NCBI GenBank assembly: GCA_002633005.1
Contig: NMRA01000046.1
Location: forward strand, 1,247,461 to 1,311,460
Source of the DNA: Phoronis australis
Taxonomy: Eukaryota; Animalia; Phoronida
Direction: 5' to 3'
DNA: 64,000 nt
Below are positions 38,885-52,055 of the stretch, in pieces. The first letter of the stretch is position 1, and each line of letters begins with the position of its first letter. Position numbers and translations under genes: made by a program. A model generated the notes under the pieces. That model did no database searches. It was not told where the DNA came from and worked only from the letters and a program-made list of their open reading frames with translations.

Positions 38885-39555
38885 TTAACTTGGGTTTAAT
38901 TACAACAGATTCAGCCCAAGCATGTTTCGCCTATTCAAATAGTTTTTTATAGCATCTATTATGTTACAAGTAGTCAAATTTTGAAAACGGGATTGCATGC
39001 CAGTTATGTTAAGCGAATTTGTGATTCCGTCTATCCAACCCTTTCTACAAACAGAGTAGTCCCATAGAAATACCTTCTTCAGCAACCTATCACCACCAGT
39101 GGTTACTAGTTTGTTCCAAAGACGCAGCATATTCAATTTAAATCTATTTCCGGTGGAGTCCCACCCCATATCGCCACTAACAGCATGAGTGGCTGTAAAT
39201 CGGTTGACCCGTAAATATAAACGCATCGCTCTAATTTGGATATTTTCATCAATATCAAACTTTTTGTAACCCCAAACAAATGATCCGTAATCCAAAATTG
39301 GTGCCACACCCGAATTAAATAATGTTTTAAACGTTTCGAATCCTACATTCTTTTTATCACGGAATGTTGAGCATATCTTCCCTAAAGGAATGTGGGTCAG
39401 AGTATTTCATTAAAATTTATGAAAAATTAAGTTGTGAATGAAGTTTGTGTCTAAGATGCTTATTTCCACCAGGTTTTGAAAAGTTTTCTCGAGGATTCAA
39501 CTTTTCTCATTCAAAATCATAATCACTTAGTACAACACATTCACCATTTTTGTAG

Positions 39556-39693
39556 CGTCCGGTGACAATAAAGAGTTCATAGCTTGCGAGGACGGTGGGC
39601 GATTTTGTACTGCGCCAACGGAGTGCGACGAGTCGTTGAATTCTTGCACAAAATGCGTATCCGGAGCGGAAAAGTATGGAAGGTCCTGCAAAT
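39556..39693 (+). CDS. VWA gene exon 2, 6-Cys EB/EGF-like module
   Basis: ttttgtAG...GTAAGT, 138 bp, phase 1-1. SGDNKEFIACEDGGRFCTAPTECDESLNSCTKCVSGAEKYGRSCK. Confidence 0.85.
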
Positions 39694-39789
39694 GTAAGTC
39701 TATCTTTTACGCTTGCTACTTTGATTTTACCGGCACGTTACATTGCATAAGATTGCATACAAACGAGAAAAGAGCAAGGTAATAGGCCT

Positions 39790-41000
39790 ATATAATTAGT
39801 AACATCTTTCTTGTGAACGGGGATCATAATCCCAGTCTTTCAGGTGCATTGGAAGCAGCCACACAAACAACTTTTTGTTGAAAGCTTAGCACCTGGAATT
39901 GGTCGTGGCTGGTCACACATTTTCAGCATGGTGATTGTTATGCTATCAAAAGCATCAGTGTACATTTCCCCACCAGTTTTCTTACTACGTATGGAGTTAC
40001 TCGGAGATTATTCAATTCAACCATGGTTCTTGATGGAAATCTAGGCTTCATTGGGGACAGGTGAGCACGGTTCTTGTTGCGACCTCACAAGTATCATCCA
40101 ATTTGCAACAAGGAAATGACCTCAGCAGTGATTTTTCTAGAATTTGGATAAAAACTTTCCATTACTCCCTAGAGTTGATTTGTTTTCAATACTGCGGACA
40201 AGACTTCCGAGTGCTTTTCTTTATTATGGGTGATGAAATGGTTTACTTCAGTTATTATCTTTATTATTTTTCTTCACTTGAAATGGAATATTGTCTTTTA
40301 ATATCGCAAATACTTTCTCATTGAAAGTGCGTACACAGCGTTGATATCATCATAACAGAAAATTGAAAACCAGTCCACATCAGACAATTTTCTGGATATC
40401 ATGTCAATATTGGCGAGACTTTATTTACAAATTATCTTTTCCCCATCTGGCTTGTTTGGCCACATTATGGTCGGGGTTGCCAATAGGGCGGAGGACTTGA
40501 ACAGAAGAGATGGGTGATGCATCGTTAGCAATGCACAAAACAATGCAAGATTTGGGTAAAGCTGACATGAGAGGTGATTGATTGATAAGCTACAGAAACT
40601 GATTAGATAAGAGGATGTTAAACAATTAATATCAGATTGACATTGTTACGTGCATTAAAATCACCAAGGGCATAACAGATATTTCAGACAGTTGTCTAGT
40701 GAAAGAAGAGATGTAGTTCCTCTTTCCATCGGGGTTTTGAGAAGGGGACCTGTGAAGAGGCCCACAACGTATGTTCTTATTAACAAATATTTTCACCTAG
40801 CAGTTTGAGAGTAGTGGATAGATGTTCTTGTGAATGATCGCATATTCAATGAACATATGCTACGAGACTAATGCACAGGTTGGTATGAAAGGCAATCGTG
40901 TTCTCTGGAGTGCAGATACCTTACTTCAGATTGTTGGGTGTCAAATTACCGGACTCATATATGGCAGCAATCCTGTAACTGCCATTCACTACAGTTTGGT
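39790..41000 (-). pseudogene. Highly degraded LINE (APE endonuclease region)
   Basis: Minus-strand ALGDFNAR at 40649-40671 and a KPWLN-type segment near 40020. No long ORF; boundaries approximate. Confidence 0.5.
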
Positions 41001-42058
41001 TTAAAATGTCGAACCTGGAAAAGTTGTTTGCTTTGATGCTGTTGATATTTGTGAGCAAAACGTTGTATGTGTTGGGCTTGACTTGGCCTGAACTGGACTC
41101 AGTGTCACAACAACATGAGATACTTGAAGTAAAAGACATACGTGTATTAATATCCGTAAAACAGTTGATGATAAATGTCTTGGTTGAATATATAGTGAAA
41201 GTCATATTTTCCAAAGCCCTGTCTTTCACAATCACACGAGACGATGCAGAATGCCATGTCCCTATTGGTAATTCTCACAGATCATAGCATTTACATAAAC
41301 AGCACTGCAATAGTTCCGATAATCCATCGAAACTTAAACATTCCAGTTAACAATATAACACAAGATCCTCGCAGCATCTTGGTTGGACAAATACACAAAA
41401 GCACAATCGCCAATAAGCAATGTGGTATAGAAACTGTAAAGTAAACCACTTGATAGCCCTAAAGAAAGAGAAACAATAACACAGCAAGTGGACTAATGAT
41501 CCATCTGATTTTAAGTACCATACAATTCAATAGCACACAAGATGATGACAACAACACACGCAAAAAACACAGACACAGTTACATAATAACATTAAACGAG
41601 GACTTGGGAATCAAAACACGTGACCACCATTGACAAAAACGAGGCGGTCATCAGAAATTTATTTGAAACGTAGGGTAAAAGCAGTAATGATGGCATCATT
41701 GACCATGGTGAGAATGCTTGGTTGTAGAGTTCTACATATAGTCAGGGCACTAGTGCAAAGCAATAGAGTGAGACATCGTAATATAGAAATGACAAAATGA
41801 CTAACTAGTCTTTCATACAAACAATGATCACTAAAGTACACCACAAAAGTTTGCTATCGAACAACGACAGACACAAACACAGAGCTATTAGGAAAAAAAC
41901 AAAAACTATGAAAAGCGAGGCCGAAGGTTATAAGAAACTATGCACGGATAAGGTTATTATTCGGCAAGTGATCCAGGTACTTGCTGGGTACTGTTACTTT
42001 GCCGGCATTGAAGCATCACATTTCACACGACATGCTCAAAGATCTCTATTGGTGTGGC

Positions 42059-45000
42059 GTGCTGTTCCTGGGGTGTATGCCTTGTCGTGGCGGAACAGCT
42101 TGCGGATCTCTGTGACCTCTAGAGCTTTACCAGCGGGAGTTTAAAACTCCTGGCAGTGCTATCCATGCCGGGCAGGTCAAAAGGTAGAGATCACACGAAA
42201 TTCACCCCAAACAGTCCCTAGGGTCACCCTAGGGTTGGGCGTAAGGCCAAATCCCTTACCCTGTAAAACATTGCTCCTGTCACCTACGAGAAGGAGAACT
42301 CTTAAATCAAAACCTGGGCAGACTGGGCTCATCAGCCATAGAAGGCAACCAGTCTAGGAGAAGGCCACTCCGAAATAAAACCATGTGCTGCCACGAAGAC
42401 AGATCATGTCGGCTAATGACAGCGGGGAGACCTTCTGTACCTGTACCACCTTCCCTGCAGAAGAGAACCGGACATGCACGCATTTTACCCATCATGGCCA
42501 TGCAAACGGATATTAGACGGTATGGTGCTCGTCCCGTGGTTCGCCAGGCGGCGACAGTGCCGGGTCCTCAGCCTCGAAAGGACCCACCTTTAGCGACTGG
42601 TGAGGCGAATCCAAGACTCAACCGAAGGCAGCAAAGCTCAATGCTAGCCAGCCAACATAGTCAGTCGGAAACATCAGTTGCTCCGCTTGTCTTCGCACAG
42701 TGGAACGCTGAGGGTCTTCGCAAGAAGAAACCCGAGCTCCAAGATTTCCTCCTTAGAGAGCAAGTGGACATCATCTGTATCCAGGAGACACACCTTACAG
42801 ATGCTCATCGCTTCTTCATCAGAGGTTACGAGCTTTTCTGACATGACAGAATCAACCGTTCCAAGGGAGGCATTCTCACCCTCGTACGGAACACCATCCC
42901 AGAGATAGAGATTGGGAGGTCTGTGCGAGAAAATGATTTTATCGCAGTGAAAGTTGTACTCCAAGGGAGAGAAATCATCATCATCAACTTCTATGCCCCA
43001 CCTGACAAAGACCTGCAACTCAACACTCTTCCCCTGTCAAACCAAGCTCTACTTATCTTAGGTGACTTTAATGGTCACTCGCCAAGCTGGGGATACAAAG
43101 ACATGAACAGTAGAGGAGAAAAAATTGAAGACTTTATGATTGACAACTGTCTCATCCTTATCAACAAGCCGGACGATAAGCCAACCTGCTTGTCCCGAGC
43201 TTGGAAGACGACAAGCACTTCAGACCTTGCCATAGCCACAAAAGACATCCAGAAAGTATGCAACAGGATGGTCACAAACCAGCTAGGAGGGAGCGACCAC
43301 CTACCAGTCCTAATCAAGCTCTCACTACTAGAACAACCCTCCGTCACAAGAACAGAGCCTAGCTAGAACTACAAAAAGGCAAACTGGACGAAGTTTAAAA
43401 AACTGACAGACACATTCTGCAGAAAAACCACCTTTGTATCAAAGCAAGACATCAACATCAGTGTCATGCGGATTTCCAACTGCATCCTCCAGGCGACACG
43501 CCAGAGAATTCCAAGGGGAAGACGAAGAGACTACAAACCATAATGGAGTGACCACATGCAGAGTCTCCATGACCAAGAAACATCAACAAGAGAGCAACTT
43601 GAAAAAGACCCAACCCCGGAAAACACAGCAATCTACAACCATGCAAACGCTGCAAGAGCGACGCTCCTAAAAGAAAATGGAAGACTTAAACTGGGAGGAG
43701 AGCCGCATCCGTGCTTCCTGAGAATTTTAGAGATGACGGTCTCCTGGACGTTCCCAGGCAGAAAACAGCAGAAGTCCGAACAAAGAAAACAGAGGAACTG
43801 AGAAAGAGGCAACAACAACAAACCGCCAGCATGACTAACGACTTCACCATGCAAGAACTGAACAATTCCATCAGACAACTCAAGACCAAGAAGGCACCCG
43901 GAAAGACGGCATCAGCAATGACATGATTCAACACCTTGGCAGTCTCACCAAACAGAAACTTCTGGACATTTACAACCAGTCTTGGAGAATGGGGGTTTTT
44001 CCAGTCAGCTGGAAGGAAGCCATAATCATTCCAATCTTAAAGAAGGGGAAGGACGGGCACAGCAAGAGCAGTTATCGCCCCATCAGCCTTCTCAGCTGTC
44101 CAAGCAAACTCATGGAACGCATGGTCAACAAACGTCAGCAATATCACCTAGAAAAGAACAGGCTTAGTAACTCCACCCAGTCAGGGTTCAGAAAGAACAG
44201 AAGTCAGGCTTATTAACCCCACTCAATCAGGGTTCAGAAAGAACAGAAGCACACAGGATCAGATCACACTGCTCACCCAAGACAAAGAAAATGGCTTTCA
44301 GCAGAAAATGAAGACACTAGCCGATAAGGTCTGGAAGGAGGGCTTACTCCTCAAGCTCCTCTAAAAACAAGTATGTGGCAAAATGTATGCGTGGATTAAC
44401 AGTTACCTCTTCCAAAGATCTGGGCGCGTAAAGCTGGAAGGACAGACAAGCAAGCTGATTAGGACTAGGGATGGAGTACCCCAGGGCAGCATATTATCAC
44501 CGACACTCTTTGTTGTCTTCATTGATGACATTGCTGACCACCTGTCTATGCACATTTCAAGGACTTTCCATGCAGATGACCTTGCTGTATGGACAAAAAC
44601 AGAATACATCACCACAGCAGCTTACAGAATGCAGGGAGCCATGGACATCATCCTAAATTGGGCAAACAAGTGGATGGTCACGATCAACATGACCAAAACA
44701 GATGTCACGTGCTTTTCCCTTTCTCCCAAAAAAGAAGAGTTCTCGCTCCAGCTAGAAGACCACAATATTCCCCACCAAGAAACCCCAACCTACCTTGGGG
44801 TTAGACTGGACAAGAGGCTTACTTGGCCCCCTCAGATTGCTGCCATGCGCAGCAAAGCTACTAAGAAAATTGCTGTGATGAAGAAACTTGCTGGTACCAG
44901 TTGGGGTGCAAACATGAAGATCTTGACCCAAGTCTACACGGGATCTGTCAGACCCCAGGTAGAGTATGCCTCTAACGCATGGTCTACAGCTGCCAAAACC

Positions 45001-46180
45001 AACACAGATAACTTAGCCAGGGTCCAGAATACTGGTCTGCGCTTAATCACAGGAAGCATGAAGACCTCCCCCATCACGGAAATGGAGAAGACGGCAGGCT
45101 TAAGCTCATTGGAAGAAAGATGGGATGAGAAACTCCTGAACCAGGGCGAAACGATGAAGCGGCTTCCATCACATCCACTGCACTCCAAACTCTAAGCCCC
45201 GACCAAAAACCGCATCAAGAGGCAGAACCCAAACCACCTCATCAAGGCACTTCAGCAGAAAATTAACCTCTACTATCCTCAATGAACCAACCACTATAAA
45301 TGCTCCAAGACTTTGAAGAATGGTCCCTGGACGTTCCCCACATCATTCTCGACATCGAGACCCGATCTGGACCCGAGTTTATACAGATGGCTCTGCAGAG
45401 AATGCGGTCAGAAATGGGGGAGGTGGGGTATTCATCAAATACCCAGACGGCAGCACTCTGCGCAAGTCCATTGCCACGGGCCTTCACTCTACCAACTAGA
45501 GAGATGAGGCAAATGCCCTACACCTCGCAGCCCAGCAAACGAGACTCCCGGATCAGACAGTCTTCCTCACAGACTGCCGATCTTTCTGCAGAGCCTCCAG
45601 ACAACAAAGAGAGACCAGATCCTGCAACCCATCAAACAAGAGATGCACATTCTCAGCAGCAAAACCACTATTGTGCTGCAATGGATGCCCTCCCACTGTG
45701 GCATCAGCGGCAACGAGGAAGCAGACAAACTCTCCAAGGCAGGACGAAAACTGGAGCAGACGTTGCACCCATCATCATATGGAGAAATAAAAACCCTCCT
45801 ACGAAGTCACTTTAGAAATGCCTGGAGGGCACGCCTACATCTGGAGACTGAAGAAGACTTTATCCACCAGCTTGACCGGCAGGAACAAGTCACTATCTTC
45901 AGGCTAAGAACCGGCCACTGCCAGCTGCTCTCCCACATGTATCGCCTGAAAATCTCTCACACATACGAGTGCCCCTGTGGCACTGGCCCCCAGACATCTG
46001 AGCATTTACTGCAGAGCTGCCCTACGTTCGATTCCCTAAGGCGCCAGACACGGCCCAGTCCGGTGGAACTCAAGGTAAAACTGTGGGGCCCGACGGCATC
46101 ATTTCGGCAAACTGCAGACTTCGCCCAAAAGACCAGACTGATTATCTAAGCTACATGGCCGGGAACGCTGAAGAAGAAGA
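42059..46180 (+). mobile_element. Ingi/I-group LINE (APE + RT + RNase H + Cys/His tail), near full length, with stops and frameshifts
   Basis: QWNAEG, CIQETH, GDFNGHS, GSDH; YRPISLLS, QSGFR, GVPQGSILSP, HADDL, YLG; VYTDGS, WMPSHCGISGNEEAD; RLRTGH..CPCG..EHLLQSCP. (GAA)n tail; candidate TSD GGTGTGGC (42051-58 / 46188-95). Confidence 0.9.
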
Positions 46181-47243
46181 GTAACAAGGTGTGGCATGGG
46201 AGACAACAGTTACGGTAGATATTATGCATATTGCCAGTCAAAACATTCATAACCTGCATGAAACAAATTGCCAGATCACACAGGTTTCTTAGTCGTTCAC
46301 ATTTTCTAAGAAATATAAGGAGATTATGGGACTAATCGCCCATGAGATATCCCTTTCTGGGAGACCCACTTGAGTTAAAGTGAGGTGCTCAATGCAATGG
46401 AACTGTAATGGGATGCCAAGCATATCTTGGATATTGGAGGGCCCAGGAGCAATTCCTTCGTGATTTGATGACCTATAATATTGAGTTTGAACCGGATCTT
46501 TGTAGAGTTCATCTTGAATGGTCGCTGTTGAGCTCTGTCCAGCAAGAAAACAAGGTTGCGGTCTTAGTGTAGTTCTGTCTCCTCAGGGGTATGACCAGTA
46601 CTGAAGTTCATAATTCATCATTTATGCTGACAATGACTTGTAGGCTCCAGGGAGTACGGATTGTAGTGCGTAACGTGGAGGCATAGTCGAGGCAAACCTG
46701 CTCAAAGCCGTCCATGATGATCAAAACTCGCTGCTGACGATCACCTAAACAATGAAATAAAACAGCTTTTGTTTCCAAAACTGTACCCTCACAGACAAGA
46801 GTTTACTGAACAGGGCAATGTCACATTGGGAATTATACTTAACGCACTCGATTCATATTGTCGACTCAGCAATAGTACGTGTCCGTTGACGGCATACAGC
46901 GACACGAACAAAAACGGAAAATGTCAAAAATACCTTTGTGTTCGATTTCGAGCGCAAGGGTAATACTTAGACTTGTCCTGACCCAAGGCAACGAGAAGGC
47001 GCCAACAATGTTTCCTAACACGTGACGTGTTGCAAGCAATAGCCAATCAGTGGTTAACAGTGAAAGGGTCTGCTATGCACCTGCCCGAACGAACACTTCT
47101 TTCTCACGGCTTTCAAAATGCAAATGATCAAAATTGACAGTTCTTTGGACCAAACAATTGATTTCACGAGGGTGATTTCAATATAAGCGTATCATATTAA
47201 ATGACATGGGTTGAACACGGATTATAAAATATATCTGCTGCAG

Positions 47244-47363
47244 ATAAACACGACATACCTTGCGAAGTAGGCGGCACGTTGTGTACAGATGAATTCGCAG
47301 TTTGCTCTGGAATGCTGTGCAGGTGCACCGGCGAACGAATAATGTACGAGGACATGTGCAAGG
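47244..47363 (+). CDS. VWA gene exon 3, 6-Cys EB/EGF-like module
   Basis: tgcAG...GTACGT, 120 bp, phase 1-1. KHDIPCEVGGTLCTDEFAVCSGMLCRCTGERIMYEDMCK. Confidence 0.85.
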
Positions 47364-49444
47364 GTACGTATTTATAGATATTCACGCTGGCCAGTTGTTC
47401 CGACGAAAAAATGTATCACAAGTCTGCCACTGGTGGAACTGTGATGCCCAATTGACATATTAGAGGACATCAATTTCTCGTAGATTCTAACAACCTCACG
47501 CTACCAGCGTTTTTTATAGTTTATTTATATCTTTGAGGGGAGTTGTGGGCCTTTCCTGTCTGGTCTCCGTCCGTGTAAGCTTACATGTAGTTTCCAAAGA
47601 CTGTATTAGTACCATAACAAAATAAAAGTAATTCCTAGTTACAAAAAGGTGGTACACAGCATACGACATGAGTACAAGCGAAAAAATGATTATGCTTGGA
47701 AAGATGACAAATGGGGGCAGCACAAAGAAACGAGAAAGTACTGACCTAAATAGAGGCCATGGATGATTGGCAAGCTTTAAGACACGTTTCTTTCATTTGT
47801 TTCTTTACTCGTTTGGTATTTTGCGATGTACCGTTTGAGAACACTTGCGCTGTCAAATTGGGCCCTTGTTGTAGAGTTACTGAGAAAGGCAAGTTGGAAT
47901 GTTAACGAATCTGCACAAATTTGATTTACACAAAACCGCCGCCTTTATTTTGAGGTTTTCCAACCCGATTCATTGGGCACGTCCTTAGACTCTTCCGTTT
48001 CAATCAAAGACTCCATCAACATGTGGTGCAGTATCGGCTAAACCATAGAAGCAAACAGTGTAGAAAATGTCGTTGATTGCATTCCACGACAGACTTAATG
48101 TTTGGCAAGTAATGCTTGCTGTATGATTGTAAGCAATAATATTGATCAAAGTGTTCAATGTGATTGATAATTCAAGCAATCGACCAAGATATTCATTTTA
48201 TACCAAGTAATCAGCCTGTTATGGCCATTACAGCCGTTCATCCACGCGTGATGATTAACATTTTGGCAGGAAATCGAGGTCGGATTCGAACTTGCTTCAT
48301 TCAAGTTAGGCAGTTCATGATGGTTACACCAGAAACAAAAGAATTTAATTGATGAGTAATCATCATTTCGCATACCTGACTTGATTAACATATTTTTTAA
48401 TTCCAAAAACCAAGTATGTTATCAAAATACGAAAAATAAAAGCGTGTGATAGTAAAATACCCAGTGAGGTTATACATTTGACAACTTAAGCCATTAGGGT
48501 AATACTTTCAATGATTCTTATAAATCAAAAATAATTGAATATGGACCGTCACACTTGCATTCAGGCATTCATGCAAAATTGTACAATTTTTATACCACAT
48601 TATCAGTCTTACATTGCCAATACAACACTATTCAATGCGTGTTAAATAGTATTTTAGAGAGAACCCGTATCCGGTTTCGAGCCCACTTCGCTAGAATTGC
48701 GAGCCGTAGACTTTACCGCTGCGCCATTCAGCCGCTGGCATCCTCTTACGTGAAGATAGAATACTTAAATAAAGACTCGCAATAATCGCAAGTTCAACAA
48801 ATCGCATTGTACCGGCAAGAATATATGCTGTGAAAAATTAAGACGCCAAATTTCAATAACATCGACATCTTCATTCAGTGAAATTTATCTGCGATTTTCT
48901 CTCACCGTAAATCATCGATCTCCAATTTAAATGCGGATAACATGTCATCGGGATCAATTGACTTGGACATTATACTCAGTGTACAGTGCTAACCTACTGT
49001 AGTAGACGATATTTTCATTATGGAAGCTTAGCATTGATAAGATGTATAGCAAACTAGACTAGTTGATTGAATCTTCTCTTATAGATTCAATTATTTCGAT
49101 TTCGTTAAATTTCATTTGGTTTTCCCGATGACTCATAACCACATATAAGAAACATAAAGGTTGGAATTTAAAACTTAGACGAGTCGAGGATCCCAACTTC
49201 AAGTGTCCCAAATCCAAATAAAATCTGTGTGCATCTACCTCAGACTGGAATTGCAAAAACCTCCGAAGCCTTATCTTTCTTTGATTCTATTAATATATCC
49301 CTGTGAGTGTTGAATTTGCGACGGAAGTTTCAAAACAATCTAAAAACTCTGAATTCAAGGACCTAAACCCCGGATGTTCGAAGGTCGTCTGCCACAAACG
49401 TCATACGTCACAAACTAAGGTCCCTGGATTTGTGATTTTGGCGT

Positions 49445-50750
49445 TTTTTATGGGCTCACATATTTATATGTGGTCATATATTGCCGTCATCTCTGTCTAG
49501 GCGTCTGGGCGTCCGGCGTCCGCATCTCCTAAACCCCTTGCAGGATCGTATTTAAATCTGGCAGATGTGTTCCTATGGGGTCTACGACAAAGGCTGACTA
49601 GTTTCAGACCGACCCGAATACCGCTGTGCTCCCTAGTGGCAATTTTATTTTTTTACGTTTGCCCCTGTATCTTCAAAGGTCTTCATCCGATTTTCATGAA
49701 ATTTGGTACATAGGAATCTATCAATAAGTTGACGCTATCCTCCCGTTTTCGGATTGCTTCGATGGATTTTGCGCCATCTAGTGGCCATTTTTACTATTTT
49801 CGAGTCGTCTTTTTGGCGTCCGCCCCTCTAAAAACCAAACCATTCTAAGGGTGATTGTAAAAATTGACATGTATGGTCTTACTATGAAGAAGACAGTTGA
49901 CGATGATTTTTCCGATGACTACGACTACCGTGGCGCCACCTTGTGCCAGTTTTGTTTGTTTTTGCTCCCATGGCTGTTTCTCCTAGACGCTCTACAGGAT
50001 CGTTATTAAATTTAGCAAATGTATTTGTATAAAGTTGACAACAGACGACGACGACTTTCGGACAGATCGGTCTACCGGTGTGCCACCTAGTGGGAATTTT
50101 AGTTTTTTACATTTATCGCTGAATCTTCAAAGGTACTTAACGGATTTCCACAAAATTTGGCACATAGACATCCATTAGTGAGGTGACGCTAGCCATTCAT
50201 CTTCGGATTGATTCAAGGTTTTTTGCGCCACCTAGTGGCCATTTTTGTTGTTTTCGAGTCTATTTTGTGGCCTTCGTCCCTCTGTCAGCCAAACCACTCT
50301 AAGGATGATTGTGAAAGTTGGCATGTATGTACTTTCTATGAAGGGGACGGTTGCCGATGATTTCTGATGACTGTGGCACCACCTAGTGGCGGTTTTGTTT
50401 TTTTGCTCCCCTACCTGTATCTAAGCCCTCTGCAGGATATTTATAAATTTAGCACGTGAATTTATATGAAGTTAATAAGAGAAGATGACGACTTTTAGAC
50501 GGATACGATGAACACTGTGCTCCCTAGTGGCAATTTCATTTATTTTGATTTCCTCTGTTTCTATGAAGTTCCTCGGCGAATTTTAATTAAAGGTGGTAAA
50601 TGGCTTTCTTTTAAGGAAACGATGATATTTTTTGGTTTTCAGACGGATTCGACATATTTTTCAACATCAAGTGGCCATTTTAATGATACAAATAAGTAAC
50701 CCTAAAAGCACACCATTTGCAATGCATTCGTGGGTGCATTGTTGACATTT
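49445..50750 (+). mobile_element. Helentron/HINE-like element with an internal array of about 150-bp tandem units (3-mer higher order about 450 bp)
   Basis: TTTTTATG start, short hairpin and (GGCGTCC)-like microsatellite. GYGCCACCTAGTGG-like motif at 49626, 49771, 49933, 50080, 50225, 50376, 50517 and about 50661. Confidence 0.7.
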
Positions 50751-51077
50751 TTGTCGTCAAATCACCACTCGAAGGCAATTTGAAGAAATTAAATGAAAGA
50801 AGTTATTCAAAGATGTGTTCGATGCTAGTTTCGCGGAGTTCCATGCACATTTGAATAGAAAATTCTGAGCAAACAGATTTTGAGTATGTTTTCTTAGTAG
50901 TGGGCAATCGCTCAAGCTTCACCGGTTTAAATTGACCGTTATGTGCAATAATCAACGTATGAGTTATGTTGATTCAAGAGGATTTAAACATTTTCGAAAC
51001 TCGATTTTACATTTATTGGTGCATCACGACTAGAGATAGAATGACCTTATTTTTCATAATGTTGTAAAACTTTTTAA

Positions 51078-52055
51078 AGAGTTCCCACCATTACCCCGTG
51101 CTTCAAAACAAGAATTTTATTAATACATCTCTCGGGGTTGTACGTAATGGCTGGTAGACCCTCTCCGCCGTTGTTGTTTTTACCAGTGCGATACTGAGGA
51201 AAGTCCGCGGAGAACCGCCTTTTTCAGACACGAAAACGTGCGTTTGTGGAGGCTGTAGTAACAGCAACGTGACTGATAACGTCTCTGTGTTCAAATTTCC
51301 TAAATACATGTAAGTTGCACAGAAGTGGTTTGTGCACCGCACGAGAATTTGGAGTGTCAGTGTGGAACATGCGATTCAGTCGGGAGCCACACTTTGTTCG
51401 ACACATTTCAAAGTATCGTGTTTCGTCCAAACACAAAAACGACGTTACGACGAATGACTCGTCACATTGTTAGTGTATTTACAAATTTTATAAATAACGA
51501 ACAAACTGCTTCGATTCTAGGGGGAGTGACCGCAATAGTGAATACAAGTGAGCCAAGTTTACTGTGGCCTTTGTCAGTGATTGTTAAGTGTCTATTTTGT
51601 GAATATTGACCGACCCTTGGTGCAGTTGGTTGTGGCTCACTTATTTCTGCAGCGTTTATCGTGCAAGTGGGTGGAGTTCATGCGGCCTCAAAGCCGACGA
51701 AAGTTCGCTCAGTGGGAAATCACATTCATTGTCTGATTTCTCATGTGCTTCAGTGTGATGCCCGCATCCACTCTTCTCTCTGCCTGCATAATGATTGTCC
51801 ATCTCTCGCTCAAAATCGTCCACGTTTTCTGATCTGCTGTGTTCCAACATTGTTATTGATTGTGAAGAGACCAAATGTCTTCCACCCATTTCATCAGTTT
51901 GGCGGGAAACTTGGAAATAACTAAATTTTCTTCAAGATTAAAAAAATCGTGACTATTCAGCATAATTGGTCCTTTTGTTGTTACATTTTATAGTGTTCTT
52001 TTCATAGTAGCTAACTGAAGCCTAAAAAACTTAGACGATGCCTGGTGGGAACTCT
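51078..52055 (+). mobile_element. Kolobok-like non-autonomous DNA transposon, family B
   Basis: Perfect 13-bp TIR AGAGTTCCCACCA/TGGTGGGAACTCT with TTAA on both sides (51074-77, 52056-59). Confidence 0.88.
51230..51430 (+). pseudogene. THAP zinc-finger remnant inside Kolobok-like family B
   Basis: TKTCVCGGCSNSNVTDNVSVFKFPKYM*VAQKWFVHRTR...GATLCSTHFKVSCF has the C2CH ligands and the conserved P, W and F. One stop; the start codon position reads ACG. Confidence 0.8.

Larger units (their letters stand above)
37940..39385 (-). mobile_element. LINE 3' fragment (RT C-terminus, zinc-finger tail, microsatellite tail), interrupted by a Penelope-like insert
   Basis: PILDYGSFVWG..IQIRAMR..GDMGW; KPKLRTY is restored across the insert; LETGR..ERLCLWC..VEDELHFVFDC..Y. 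Confidence 0.85.
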
